Both the position numbers and the translations under genes were made by a program. Under the pieces are notes generated by a model, which searched no databases, had not been told where the DNA came from, and saw only the letters and a program-made list of their open reading frames with translations. Source: Mobula hypostoma (lineage: Eukaryota). From it: a DNA stretch of 64,000 nucleotides. The stretch lies in assembly GCF_963921235.1 (NCBI RefSeq), contig NC_086108.1, positions 56,174,001 to 56,238,000 of the forward strand. Reading direction: 5' to 3'. Each line of letters begins with the position of its first letter. The first letter of the stretch is position 1. Below are positions 1-12,408 of this stretch, one piece after another.

Positions 1-249
1 AACGATCGATTTTAATTGACATAATATCTAAAACTGATTGATCTTATTAAAGATCTTGATAATCTTTAACTGAATGATGCACAAGAGTTATCGTCAACAA
101 AATTAAAAGAATGTACAATATTAAAAGGCCGCCAACATGTTTGCTGACCTTGCTAATATGTAAAAGGAGATGAATTTGCATTTGTTGACAGCGTTTGTAA
201 ACATTCTGGAACACATCCCATCCTGCTTCATGGAGCAGAATCAGAAGTG

Positions 250-890
250 GAAGATGGTGTTAGAAGAATCTCCCAGTGACAAAGAGCTGCTTCCCAAATC
301 ACAATGTGGATTCTGTCCATCTACAGGCACTGTTGACTTGATCCTCACAATGTCATCAATCCAGGAGAAATGCAGGGAGCATTACCAACAGATCCACTAA
401 TTTCAGTCATACTTATTGTTCCACACGTTCACACTCAGTGGAGCGCTCCAGCTGCTAGCTTCCTGCTGGAGTGAAACTGATCTGCTTAACCATTCAGTCT
501 ACATCACCTGCACCCCAGAACCAGCAGATAAGCCACAGCATGATTCTTGCATTTGCTCATGTTCAGAACATCATTGATTCCCCCACTAATACACACGAGA
601 AGATTCCTTTACACTGAATGCCATAAAAGAAAGGTTCAATACCATTTTGAAAATAAAGGTTCACAGTGAGACCTGGAAGATGTGGTTCACCTTCTGCACT
701 TCTAGAGCTACCTTTCAATAACGAGGATGATAAAATTCACTGTTGTCTTCAGTGCAGGAGGAAAAGGGTATAGAGGACCAACACCCTCAAGCCAACATAA
801 ATCTCATAGTCTATAGGGCAGCAATGTTCACTGCTCTTCTATCTGCTTCTTAGACTTGGATTACCAAGTCTCTGGATAGATACCATAATA
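250..890 (+). mobile_element. Highly decayed RTE-clade LINE reverse transcriptase fragments
   Basis: ELLPKSQCGFCPSTGTVDLILTMSSIQEKCREH resembles the RTE motif LPESQCGFR...DMIF...LQEKCRE. Around 800-870 a VYRAAMFTALL-like segment resembles the RTE C-terminal region. Contains stops and deletions. Confidence 0.65.
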
Positions 891-894
891 GCAT

Positions 895-1528
895 AGGCAT
901 AAGTGGAGAGTTAGCTCATTCATCCTATAGAGTCAGCTCTGCCTTTCCATCGTGGATGATTTATTCTCCTTCTCAACCTAATTCTCCTACCTTCTCCATG
1001 TAACTGTTGATACCCTTACTAATCAAGACCTATTTAAAATATATTTAAATAGATTTAAAAGGAGTATTTAAATATACTTACCGACTTGGTATCCACAGCC
1101 ATCTGTGGAGATGAATTCCACAGATTCATCATCCTCTGGCTAAAGAAGTTCCTCCTCATCCCTGTTCTACAGGTACAGTACATCTTTTATTCTGAGGCTG
1201 TGCACTCTAGTCCTAGACCCTAACATTAATGGAAACATCCTCTCCATTTCCATCCTGTCTAGGCCTTTCAATACGCAGCAGGTTTCATTGAGACACCCAC
1301 CCCCCACCCCATTCTTCTAAACTCCAGTGAGTACAGACTCATAGCCATCAAATGCACATACCCTAACCCTTTCATTCCTGGGATCATTCTTATGAACCTC
1401 CTCTGGACCATCTCCAATGCCAGCACATCCTTTCTTAGATATGCAGCCCAAAACTGCTCACAAAACTCCAAATGTGGTCTGGCCAATGCTTTATAAACCC
1501 CCAGCATTACATCCTTGCTTTTATAAAT
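895..1528 (-). mobile_element. 5'-truncated CR1 LINE (RT C-terminus plus 3' UTR)
   Basis: Minus ORF YKSKDVMLGVYKALARPHLEFCEQFWAAYLRKDVLALEMVQRRFIRMIPGMKG is the typical CR1 ORF2 C-terminal region. The 3' UTR is similar to the other copies in this window. Confidence 0.88.
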
Positions 1529-1857
1529 ACCACCAAAGCTGTTGTTGCTCAAAATCCTTCAAGTCTACTGGAAGGGTAAATAAGTCAGTGTCCATTTCCT
1601 CTCATAGCCAGCATCTTCAATACTGAGGCATGGTTACAGTCATTTCTTTATCATAGCCACATCCTTCACCTGTCCCACGCTAGACTCAAAACAGAAGTTC
1701 TCTTCTGAGTTCTATCAAAGAAAGTGATTACCAGAGAGTGGATATGTTATTCAAGTCCTCTGATGGATAGAAGGATAGGAAGCATTTAACACTAACCAAT
1801 CAGATTTACTGGAACCAGCAAACTTTTGATGTCCATTCCTTAGGATTCAGGCTGAAT

Positions 1858-3202
1858 CTTTAATGACTACCACCCCGTTGCACTCACATCTACAGTGATG
1901 AAATGCTTTGAGAGGTTGGTCATGACTAGACTGAACTCCTGCCTCAGCAAAGACCTGAACCCATTGCAATTTGCCTATCGCCACAATAGGTCAATGGCAG
2001 ATGCAATCTCAATGGCTCTTCACGTGGCTTTAGACCACCTGAACAACACCAACACCTATGTCAGGATGCTGTTCATCGACTATAGCTCAGCATTTAATAC
2101 CATCATTCCTGCAATCGTGATTGAGAAGTTGCAGAGCCTGGGCCTCTGTACCTCCCTCTGCAATTGGATCCTCGACTTCCTAACCAGAAGACCACAATCT
2201 GTGCGGATTGGCGATAAGATCTCCCCCTCACTGACGATCAACACTGGTGCACCTTAGGGGCTTATGCTTAGCCCACTGCTCTACTCTCTCTATACCCATG
2301 ACTGTGACTAGGCATAGCTCAAAAACCATCTATAAATTTGCTGATGATACAACCATTCTTTGTAGAATCTCAGATGGAGATGAGAGTGAGATATGCCAAC
2401 TAGTGGAATGGTGCCACAGCAACAACCTTGCACTCAACGTCAGTAAGTGAAAGAGCTGATTGTGGACTTCAGGAAGGGTAAGAGGAAAGAACACATACCA
2501 CTCCTCACAGAGGGATCAGAAGTGGAGAGAGTGAACAGTTTCAAGTTCTTGGGTGTTAAGATCTCTGAGGATCTAACCTGGTCCCAATATATTGATGCAG
2601 TCATAAAGAAGGCAAGACAGTGGCTATACTTCATTAGGAGTTTGAAGAGATTTGGTATGTCAACAAATACACTCAAAAACTTCTATAGATGTACTATGGC
2701 GAATATTTTGACAGGCTGCATCACTGCCTGGTATGGGGGTGGGGTGAGTGGCTACTGCACAGGACCAAAAGAAGCTGCAGAGGGATGTAAATTTAGTCAG
2801 CTCCATCTTGGGTACTAGCCTACAAAGTACCCTGGACATCTTCAGGGAGCGGTGTCTCAGAACGGCAGCGTCCATTATTAAGGGCTTCCAGCAGCCAGGG
2901 CATGCCCTTTTCTCACTGTTACCATCAGGTAGGAGGTACAGCTTCTTCCCCTCTGCCATCTGATTCCATTGAACCCTTAAACACCACCTCACTTTTTTTA
3001 ATATATAGTATTTCTCTTCTTTGCATGATTTTTAATCTGTTCAATACATGTATACTATATTTGATTTACTTGTTTATTTATTATTATTATTATTATATTA
3101 TTGTGTTTTTTTCTTCTATATTATGTATTGCGTTGAACTGCTGCTGCTAAGTCAACAGATTTTACATCGCATGCCGGTGATAATAAACCTGATTCTGATT
3201 CT
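1858..3202 (+). mobile_element. 5'-truncated Rex1/Babar-type non-LTR retrotransposon with frameshifted RT
   Basis: Motifs [78 protein letters not shown] and KKARQWLYFIRSL. Ends in AATAAA followed by CCTGATTCTGATTCT short tandem tail. Confidence 0.88.
3078..3100. repeat. (TAT)n microsatellite within the Rex1 3' UTR
   Basis: ttattattattattattatatta seen directly. Confidence 0.8.
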
Positions 3203-3594
3203 AAAGCTTGAGTTACTTAGTACTTGGTTTTCCTACAATAACTGAGCAGCTAAGTGATGTGCATGCTGAACTTATTTATTGGTCTTCAGTAGTGGGCTTA
3301 ATGTACTGAATGACCTTCTTTTGTCCTGAAGAAGTGATTCCAATTTAGTACAACTAATGATAATTTTGATGTTCTATGTCATTCTGTGCTTTAGTAAGTT
3401 TTCAATCAATTAGTCTCAAGTGATGGTTTTTACTCAAGAACTCATGATTGTCACTTGTGTTTGCACTTCTTGTTACTTAGTGATTGGATCTTTCTCTCAT
3501 ATTCTCTATCTCAATTCCATTGGTGGATATTTTTGACACAGCTGTTTTATTTTTTGCTTCATTTTGACATCTAGCTATTTGTTTTAATGAACAG

Positions 3595-3750
3595 GTGTAT
3601 TGTGAAGATTACAGGAGAAATGGTTCTATCATTTCCAGCAGGTATCACAAGGCACTTTGCCAATAACCAGTGCCCTGCTGTTCTCACATTCTGCATTACA
3701 AACTGCAGCCGATTAGAGCATATCCTGCCGAACCCCCAGCTTCTCTGCAG
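3595..3750 (+). CDS. SGIP1: SGIP1 mu-homology domain, internal coding exon (156 bp, phase 2 to 2)
   Basis: Flanked by ...tgaacag|G and AG|gtaatt. Translates [51 protein letters not shown], which I recognise as the SGIP1/FCHO muHD. The ORF track reports a different frame here. Confidence 0.92.
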
Positions 3751-3911
3751 GTAATTTCAGTACAACATCTTTCGCTATCCAAGATGAAAAGCAGCTCATT
3801 TGTATACATCAGTACACTACAACTATCTGTACAAGGTAAATTGCCAATGCACAAATGGTCTGTGAGATCTCCTCAAAAGGCTAGATTGATCAGTAGTTTA
3901 ACTGAATGATT

Positions 3912-4022
3912 TCCACCTGAAACGTCAACTGTTCACTTCCCTCCACAGATGCCACCTGACCTCTTGACTCCCTCCAGCATTTAGTTTGCTCCAAATTCCA
4001 GTATCTGCTGTCTATTGTATCT
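3912..4022 (+). mobile_element. Short remnant of a Penelope-like terminal repeat
   Basis: ctgaaacgtcaactg...gatgccacctgacctcttgactccctccagcat...ttccagtatctgc resembles the tails at 13460-13535 and 14065-14145. Confidence 0.5.
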
Positions 4023-4340
4023 CTGAAGACAGAATTAAGTTGTCAATCATTATCTAGGTCTCTGGAGTAAGAAATAGCATATGGAATGGAGGTATCCAAA
4101 ATCATCTTGATTGTAGACATTATTCCCTAAAAGTGAGATATGAGCTAGAAATTGTACATTGTATAAAAACAAGTACTAAAATATCAATGTGTTTAAGAGT
4201 TTTGAGCTGTTGTATATATTGACCTTTCCTAATTTCAGAGGCATGAGCAAACTGTGAACTAACTCATGACTGCAGCCTAACATTTTCTGTCTCTTTCTTC
4301 TTTAACTTTTTTAGCTAACTATTTTTTTTCTCTTGTCTAG

Positions 4341-4473
4341 TAACACTTCTCAAGCTGATGCCAAAACAAGAGAATTCTGGGTAAACATGCCGAATCTAAT
4401 GACTCATTTAAAAAAGGTGGCTGAGCAGAAACCACAGGCTACTTATTACAATGTGGATATGCTAAAGTATCAG
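4341..4473 (+). CDS. SGIP1: SGIP1 muHD internal coding exon (133 bp, phase 2 to 0)
   Basis: Polypyrimidine tract then tctag|T ... CAG|gtgaat. Encodes [44 protein letters not shown], matching SGIP1 as I recall it, and is in frame with the previous exon. Confidence 0.95.
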
Positions 4474-5884
4474 GTGAATAGACTCCTGACTTTCTCGATA
4501 CAAACCAATGATCTATAGACATACATTTTGTCAGATTAGACTTCTGCATTTATCAGATTTACTTGTCAGTTAAAATGATGACCCAGTATTTCCATCTTGC
4601 CATCTGCACTACGTTATTCATTCTATGATCATTTTCCACAGAGAATAAGCTTGTTTGGTATAATGCAGAGAGTAAACTGCCAGCTGAAGCATTTGTCCCT
4701 TGAGATTTGGAGGTGTGGAAGGTAGAATTAATCTATCCTCTGGTGGTGTTCAATGGAGTTATGCTGGTGATATCCTGCAGGATATGAAGCGCAGGTACTG
4801 GTGTAGCAATGGGCAGGGCCTTAACATCTTGAGTTCTAGCTTTCCATAGACTAGAAGATTGAAATACAGTATCTTTAAGAGATCTCCTTCATTGGGCAAT
4901 GTCAGAAAGCCCATGTTAATGGTCAAAGCAGCAAGGCAGTCTTTGGCCCATAATGATTAATTCAATGAGAAGTAGTATTTAAATGGAACATATATACTAG
5001 TAGTGTGGTATCATTTTCCAAAAAAATGTGACAGATCTGGAAATAAGGCAGTCAAATTTTCTCCTTCTGTCAGGCTCTATACCACAGAAAATTCACATAA
5101 AATTACCAGCAACTAAAGTTCCTTATGTTTCCCATAGTACACCAATTGTAGAAATGTAGATAGATGACTTGCTGAATGGTGTTACTGATGCTACAATGTC
5201 TTGTGGAATTTGGTGAATAAGTTGATTATGCACCAACAACCAGTGAGGTCATATTCAATAAATATCTGTTCTATTAATAATGGGGGTATCTAAAAGAAAA
5301 TCAGAGACATAGTTGACCAGAATTTGAATTGAATAATATCTCAGTCAAAGTACCCCTACATATCTCATATGCACAAAAGTAACACATCAGCCTAGAAATT
5401 TTGAGCTCTGTCACCATCTTTTGCAGTACTAAACAGGGTCAGAACACTTAGCAAGGAAGTTAATCCGTATGCATTGAATAAACACAACAGTTGCACAATT
5501 TACCATATCAGAATAGCAGTATAAAAGTTGCCTCAGACCTTTAGCTGAAGCAGATTCTAGGTGCTTTGCACTTGGAGAGAATAAGCCTTATACAGTACCT
5601 GATATTAAGTCCCTTTGACAAAGTTGGGGGCCGATTAGTTGCAGGAAATACATTCTATCTTGGACTAAAAGGCAATCCTTTAAGGAGTTTGATTTGACCC
5701 AAGATTTAATCTGACCCTTTAACCAAGTGAATCCTCCCAAAATTGAACCTGCTTGGAATTCAGATAATGTCGCCTTCAGTCAGATAGCCCAGTGACACTG
5801 ACTGCCAAGACTCTGGTACCAAACAATTACTTGGACAGGTACTATAGCCTGAGAAAACCTGTGCCTATTTCACGGGGTTTCAGG

Positions 5885-6028
5885 TGAATACCTTCTTGAT
5901 TAGTAAGGGCATCATAGGTTATGGGGAGAAGACAGTAAAATTGCTTTGAGAGGGAAAATAAATCAAATGGTAGAGCAGACTTAATGGGCCAAATGGCCTA
6001 ATTCTGCTTCTATGCCTTATGGTCTTAA
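5885..6028 (+). mobile_element. CR1 3' UTR fragment
   Basis: ttcttgattagtaagggcatcataggttatggggagaag...ggcctaattctgcttctatgccttatggtct is reverse-complement similar to the CR1 3' ends near 9305 and 14455. Confidence 0.75.
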
Positions 6029-6111
6029 AGAGATGAACTTTTGAAAGAGACATATATTCGTATAAAAACATTGAAAACATACAGCATTAATCCCCAGTTT
6101 TGTTTTGGAAG

Positions 6112-6314
6112 GTGTCATCCCTGGGCATTCAGTCCACACCACTGAACCTAGCAGTGAGCTGGCGCTGTGAACCTACCTGCACTGATCTTCGAGTAGATTA
6201 CAAGTATAATGCGGAGGCAATGATTACACCTGTAGCTCTCAACAATGTCCAGTTTCTCATTCCTGTCGATGGAGGAGTTGCAAAAGTACAGGCAGTGCTT
6301 CCGCCTGCTGCTTG
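6112..6314 (+). CDS. SGIP1: SGIP1 muHD internal coding exon (203 bp, phase 0 to 2)
   Basis: ggaag|GTG ... TG|gtaaga. Encodes [67 protein letters not shown](W). Confidence 0.95.
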
Positions 6315-7179
6315 GTAAGAGATTATCTCTGTTCACCCAATGAGTCAGTGGGATGATTTGTTCAAAGCCTGATCTTCTTATCTAGCCCAGAGCATCTGTG
6401 AGCCTGATAATCCTTCCTGACACAAAATCCATGGAACGACCTGTCACCATTTCCCATTCTCCAGTGTTGTCCATACACTGTTCTGATCCATCCGATGTAC
6501 TCTCTAGCTGTTTCCGATCAATCCCTGACATCTTCTGTCTTATAGATACCTTTTTACCTACCCTGATCACTACCCAACACTGTTTATTAAGCACCATTCA
6601 CTCCTCCCACTCTTCCTAAATGTCAACCATGTTGCACTGTGCTACATTCTATCCCACCCTTGTCTGTAATTCTGATTGTTCTTTAGCACACTCTACTCAA
6701 CAAATAAATTCATACTTTCATGCAGCCACTCTAGATCCAGTGTACTAAGCTCAAGCTTTTCTACTCCCAATTGTGGAATAATAGACCTGGCTCATTGAAA
6801 AATATATCCAATTAATCTCATTTGTCTGTTCTTTTTCATAGCCCTGTAACTCCCATTCCTCGTTTCCATTTATAACTTACTTGGAACATTCCATTCAACA
6901 TCGGTATTAGAGATTGACTCACAACTTCATGTATAGTTTCCTTTCTTGATCCTACTGGTACTTTTGTCAATTACTTTCAAAATTGGGTTCTGATTACGAG
7001 CCCTTCTGCCACTGGACACAGGAAAATATTTCCAGCTTTCCAGGTCTCACCAAGTCTGGCACCCTAGTAGCATTTTAGCATATTGCCTGCGTACCCCTCA
7101 TAAAGCCTTTACGTCCTTCCCAATATGGTGGCAAATGTGTTCTCAGTATAACTGCTAGATCATGTTTACAAACTGATTC

Positions 7180-7410
7180 ATTTATTTATTGATCCATTTA
7201 GAGATACAGCACAGTAGCAGAGCCTTCCGGCCCAACGACCCCACGCTGCCCAATTATACCCATGTGACCAATTCACCTAGCAACCTCCTTTGGAATGTGG
7301 GAGGAAACCAGAGCACCCAGAGGAAACCCACACAATCTCATGGAGAATGTGCAAACTCCTTACAGACTGCAGTGGAATTGAACCCGCTGGCTGATGCTGT
7401 AACACACAGC
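7180..7410 (-). mobile_element. tRNA-derived SINE, V-SINE/HE1-like
   Basis: ggaattgaaccc is the reverse complement of a B-box (GGGTTCAATTCC). ggaggaaaccagagcacccagaggaaacccac matches the V-domain as I recall it. Ends in a (TAAA)-like tail on the minus strand. Confidence 0.7.
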
Positions 7411-8045
7411 ATCTTACTTCCTGGCATCTGCAGTTACACTATCCATAAAGGTTAGCAGAACCTCCCATACTTAATTATTAGTCTTTACACTGGTTCCTGT
7501 TACATTCAAAGATCTGAGTGAATAGGCTCGCAAGTATCTGCTTCGGCACCATCTTTAAATTTAGTTTGTTCCCCTTGCACATTCTTTCTCTGAACACGAA
7601 AAATTGCATAATTGTGCATACTAAATTTTATAATCTTCTTATCGTGAAACTTGCCAGAAAGTGTGTATGCACTGACTGGATTCTTATAGTTGAACATCAA
7701 GCTGACCATCACCCATGCATCACATGTGTAATAAGCAATTAGTCAAGGCATACAGTAAATCGTCAGAGAGCTCCCCCATATACTGGAGCATCTCCCTTAT
7801 ATGCATCAACACCCTTGTGACTGTGGAGCAATCTCAACCAAATCCAAACATCAAAGGAACTGCAGATGCCAGGAAATAAGATGTTGTAAGTACTCAATGG
7901 GACAGGCAGCACCTGCGGAAAGAAGAACAGTCAAGGACCTTTTATCAGAAGTAGGACAGGGAGGAAACAAGTTAGTTTTACATTTCTAAGTGGATGAGGG
8001 AGGAATAGATAGGACGAGAGGAGCATCTCCTATAGGGTGAATATA

Positions 8046-9060
8046 GGAATCACAATCAGGCTTATCATCTCTCTGACGTACACACAGTGGCCACTTTATT
8101 AGTTACAAGAGTGGAACCTGACATGGCCTTCTGCTGCTGTAGCCCATCCACTTCAAGGTTCGATGTGTTGTGCATTCAGAGTTGCTGTTCTGCACACCAC
8201 TGTTACAAGACATGGTTATTTTAGTTACTGTCTCCTTCCTGTCAATTAGAAACAGTTTGACCATTCTCCTCTGACCTCTCTCATTAACGAGGCATTTTCA
8301 CCCACAGAACTGCCGCCCACTGGATGCTTTTCTTTGTTTTTGCACCATTCTCTGTAAAGTCTAAACACTGTGGTTCACGAAAATCCCAGGAGATCAGCAG
8401 TTTCTGAGATACTCAAACCACTCTGTCTGGCACCAACAATCAGTCAATGGTCAAAGTCACTTAGATCACATTTCTTCCCCATTCTGAAGTTTGATCTGAA
8501 CAGCAACTGAACCTCTTGATTATGTCTACATGCTTTTGTGCTCATGAGGTGCTGCCCACATGATTGTTTGATTAGATATTTGTATTAACAAGCATGTTTG
8601 CAAATAAAGTCACCATTGAGTGTATGTCGTGAAATCTGCTGTTTTGTGGCAGCAGTGCAGCACAAGACGTAAAAATTACTGTGTCATCATAAATAAATAC
8701 ATAGTGCTAAAGAGGAATACTGTAGTGAGGTAGTGTTCATGGATGATCCATAAATCTGATGGCGGGGGGAGAAACTGTTACTAAAAAATTGAGAGTGGGT
8801 CTTCTCCCCGATGGTAGGAAAGAGTAGAGGGCATGTCCCAGATGGTTCGGCCCTTTAATATTGGATACCAACTTCTTAAGGCATCACCTTTTGAAGATGT
8901 CCTAGTTGGAGGGGGATATTGTGCCCATGATGAATTTGGCTAGGTTTATAACCCTTTGCAGCTTCATTTGAACCTGATTGGAGCCTCCGTAGCAGGCGGT
9001 ATTGCAACCAGTCAGAATGCTCCACACCATACATCTGAAATGTGTTGCCATACATGCTGA
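8046..9060 (-). mobile_element. Decayed Rex1/Babar-type 3' fragment, interrupted by the element at 8081-8622
   Basis: 8046-8078 joined to 8623-8670 aligns with the reverse complement of the 3' end at 3130-3202. Minus ORF SILTGCNTACYGG...KLQRVINLA matches NILTGCITAWYGG/KKLQRDVNL of the + copy. Confidence 0.78.
8081..8622. mobile_element. Non-autonomous Tc1/mariner-type DNA transposon (542 bp)
   Basis: Left end CACACAGTGGCCACTTTATT and reverse-complemented right end CACTCAATGGTGACTTTATT match at 16/20. TA flanks both ends (8079-8080, 8623-8624). No long ORF. Confidence 0.82.
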
Positions 9061-9304
9061 ATAAAGTGTAAATACAGACCACAATAATTTTAGGATAAAG
9101 TCAGCTGATGTCTTCCAGAGAGTGGCAAGGACATGCTTGTGCTAATACGTGGCATTAAGCTTGTGTTTCAGGATATGATGAGAACAGTGTCTTGAGTATG
9201 AGCGTACTCGAAATCCTCCAGTTAGGCCATGTCCATCCTTGTCTACCCAGTCCATCCATCACCCCCCCACCCCACTAATTAAAATCAACTTTCTCAATTC
9301 TGAT

Positions 9305-10092
9305 GAGACCATAAGATATAGGAGCAGAATTAGGCCATTTCGCCTTTCGAGTCCTATCCGCCATATCAACATGGTTGATCTATTTTTCCTCTCACCCCAA
9401 TCTCCTGCCTTCTCCCCCTATCCCTTCATACCCTGACCAATCATAAATCTATCAACCTCTGCCTTAAATATACATAAAGACTTGGCCTCCACAGCTGCCT
9501 GTAACAAAGAATTCCACAGATTCACCACTCTCTGGTTAAAGAAATTTCTCCTCATCTCGATTCTAAAAGGACACCCCTCTATTCTGAGGCTGTGTCCTCT
9601 GGTCTTAAACTCTCCCACCAGAGGAAACAGCCTCTCCATGTCCACTCTATCCAGGTTTTAATGAGGCCACTCCTTATTCTTCTGAATTCTAGTGAATTCA
9701 GAGCCAGAGGCATCAAATGTTCTTCGTATGACAAGCCATTCAATTCTAGAATCATTTTCATGAATCTCCTTTGAACCCTCTCCAGTCTTAGCACATCCTT
9801 TCTTAGATAAGGGGCCCAAACCTGCTCACAATTATCCAAGTGAGGCCTCACCAGTGCTTTATAAAGTCTCAACATCACATCCTTTGCTTTTATATTCTCG
9901 TCTTCTTGAAATAAGTGCTAACATTTGCCTTCCTTACCACCGACCAACCTACAAATTAACCTTTAGAGAGTCCTGCACAAGGACTCTGCTCCTTAACTTC
10001 TTGTATTTTTTCTCCGTTTAGAAAATATTCAACCCTTTCATTTCTTCTACAAAAGTGCCTGACCATACACTTCCCAATACTGTATTCCATCC
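9305..10092 (-). mobile_element. 5'-truncated CR1 LINE
   Basis: Minus ORFs MMLRLYKALVRPHLDNCEQVWAPYLRKDVLRLERVQRRF and TRGHSLRIEGCPFRIEMRRNFFNQRVVNLWNSL. Confidence 0.9.
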
Positions 10093-10101
10093 GGAGGGTC
10101 T

Positions 10102-10795
10102 TTGACCATAATAACTAGGAGCAGGATTAGCCCACTTGTCCCATCGAGTCTGCTCTGCCATTGCATCATGGCTGTTTTATTGTCCCTCTCAACCCTATTC
10201 CCCTGTCTTCTCCCCGTAACCTTTGACACCCTGATTAAGCAAGAACCAATTAACCTCCACCTTAAATATACCCAATGACTTGGCCTGCACAGCCTTGTGT
10301 GGAAAAGAATTCCACAAATTTGCCATGCTTCTGGCTAAAGAAATATTTCCCCTTTTCCGTTTTAAATGGATATCTCTCAACTCGGAGGCTGTGGCCTCTA
10401 GTCCTAGACTCACCCACTATACGAAGCATCCTCACCACATCCACTCTATCCTGACATTTCAATATTCGATAGGTTTCAGTGAGATCCTCCCTCACTCTTC
10501 TAAACTCAAGTGAGCCATCAAAACACACCTCATGTGTTAACCCTTTCATCTCTGGGATTATTCTCACTAATGTCCACTGGTCTCACTCCAATGCCAGCAC
10601 ATGTTTCTTAGATAAGGGGTCCAAAACTGTTCACAATACTCCAAATGCAGTTGGTCCAATGCCTCATAAAGCCTCAACATCACATCTTTGCTTTTATATT
10701 CTAGTCCTCTTGAAATGAATGCTAACATTGCACTTGTCTTTCTCACCACAAACTCAACCTGCAAGTTAACTTTTAGGGATCCTGCATGAGGACTT
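10102..10795 (-). mobile_element. Second 5'-truncated CR1 LINE directly adjacent to the previous one
   Basis: A new 3' UTR begins near 10102. ORFs AMLAFISRGLEYKSKDVMLRLY, SRTRGHSLRVE and ANLWNSFPHKAVQAKSLGIFKVEV. Confidence 0.88.
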
Positions 10796-10809
10796 GCATC
10801 TTATTATTA

Positions 10810-11070
10810 ATCTCACTGGCACATAGCACAGGCAGCAATCCAGAGATTATTAGCCTGAAGGTCCTGCTTTTCATCTTTCTGCCTAACTTTCAGTACTCTG
10901 TTCAGGACCTCATCCCTTTTCCTACATATGTCATTGGTACGAATAAGCACCACAATTTCAGGCTGTTCATCCTCCCCCTTCAGAATATCCTGGAACCGAA
11001 CCGAGACATCACTGATCCTGGCACCTGGGAGGCAACATACCATCTGGGTGTCTCTTTCACATCCACAGAA
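10810..11070 (-). mobile_element. CR1 ORF1 fragment (SGNH/GDSL esterase-like domain)
   Basis: MVCCLPGARISDVSVRFQDILKGEDEQPEIVVLIRTNDICRKRDEVL resembles the CLPGA...VVHxGTND motif of CR1 ORF1 esterase. Confidence 0.75.
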
Positions 11071-11212
11071 ATGTCCATCTTTATGTAAAACATTAACTCT
11101 GCTTCTCTTTCTTTGGATGCTGCATCACCTGTTAATTGTTTAGACAGATCTTGTTTGCCTCAATAGTTTGAAGTTTGCCAAGTAAAATCCTGACTTCCGT
11201 TTGTTTTTCAAG

Positions 11213-11277
11213 GAATGCTGAACAACATAGGATACTCTGGAAGATCCCCGATTTATCCCAGAAATCTGAAAATGGAG
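11213..11277 (+). CDS. SGIP1: SGIP1 muHD small coding exon (65 bp, phase 2 to 1)
   Basis: ttttcaag|G ... GGAG|gtaact. Encodes (W)[21 protein letters not shown](G). Completes the split TG|G Trp codon from the previous exon. Too short for the ORF track. Confidence 0.92.
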
Positions 11278-11357
11278 GTAACTTCACTAAACTTTTTAAA
11301 AATCTCTATTACAGACTCTAAAATAAACTCAAAATATGACAAAGATTTATGCTGAGT

Positions 11358-11575
11358 TTAAGATTTGGGAGCAGAAGTGAGTCATTTGGCCTCTTGAACT
11401 TGCTCTGTTAATCAATAAAATCATATCTATTCTAATGCCCCAAACCTACTTTGCCTCCCGATCCCTACATCCTGCGACCTCATAGTATTCACAAATCTCA
11501 GTCATGAACATACCCAGTGACTGAAAACCAGTGGCCCTTATTGTGAGATCATGCCTTCGTTCTAGACTCCAGCAA
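11358..11575 (-). mobile_element. Old CR1 3' end remnant
   Basis: aagatttgggagcagaagtgagtcatttggcctcttgaacttgctctg is a degenerate version of the CR1 3' ends at 9305 and 14455. Confidence 0.5.
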
Positions 11576-12243
11576 CATTGCCACAATTTAGCCAGATTAA
11601 AAATTCTGAGCATGTATGGAACAGTTGCATTAAGTAAAGTCTCGCATTTGTGAAAATACATTCACTCTGACAAAACCACAACACCATGAGTCAGGCAAAG
11701 TGATAAACGACAAAGAAAATTTGCCTTTTATCTATTACAAAGAAAACTCAGAAGTTATTGTAAAGGCCCTAGAGTAGATCAGTTGCTCTCTCTCCTCATT
11801 GTATAATTATACGTGGTGTTCAGATACATAGATAGGGAGATCAGTAGGAGGAAAACTGAAATAATTTGCAAGTTTTGAAATAGAGATACCCTTAATTTTA
11901 GAAGGAAAATCTGCAAAATTCATAGGGCAGTTTTGCAAATCTGGTTCTCCCCACCAGTGGACATGGAGTTGAAGATAATGTATGTCAACCATTAATCCAT
12001 AACTAAACTTCAAACAAATACAACTTTCTTGATTTTATTTCTGTACAATTTAACTTCTCTCTTCCAGCACTTTAATGTACTAAGCCACATGACAGCTGTG
12101 TACAATGGGAAGCTGGTGATGTGCTTCATGCCTGCATTCCAATATGATGTAAACTTAAATATATCTGGCACTCCTTAATTTTTTTTTTTGAAGGTGAAGT
12201 TCCATCCTTCTCCAAACACAGATTCTTCCATGGTTTCTTTTAG

Positions 12244-12408
12244 GTGTTGGATCTCTCTTGGCCAGGTTTCAGCTGTCTGAGGGCCCAAGTAAACCTGCAA
12301 CGTTGGCTGTCCAGTTCACCAGCGAAGGGAGCACGCTCTCAGGTGCCGATATTGAATTGGTCGGAGGAGGATACAGGTTTTCACTCATCAAAAAGAGATT
12401 TGCAGCAG
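12244..12408 (+). CDS. SGIP1: SGIP1 muHD penultimate coding exon (165 bp, phase 1 to 1)
   Basis: tttttag|GT ... GCAG|gtaatt. Encodes (G)[54 protein letters not shown](G). Confidence 0.95.

Noticed and set aside
1030..1052. AT-rich inverted repeat ctatttaaa-atata-tttaaatag inside CR1
   Set aside because: Short and low-complexity, with no evidence of function.
1895..2963. Active reverse transcriptase gene
   Set aside because: 5'-truncated and broken by stops and frameshifts across at least four ORF pieces.
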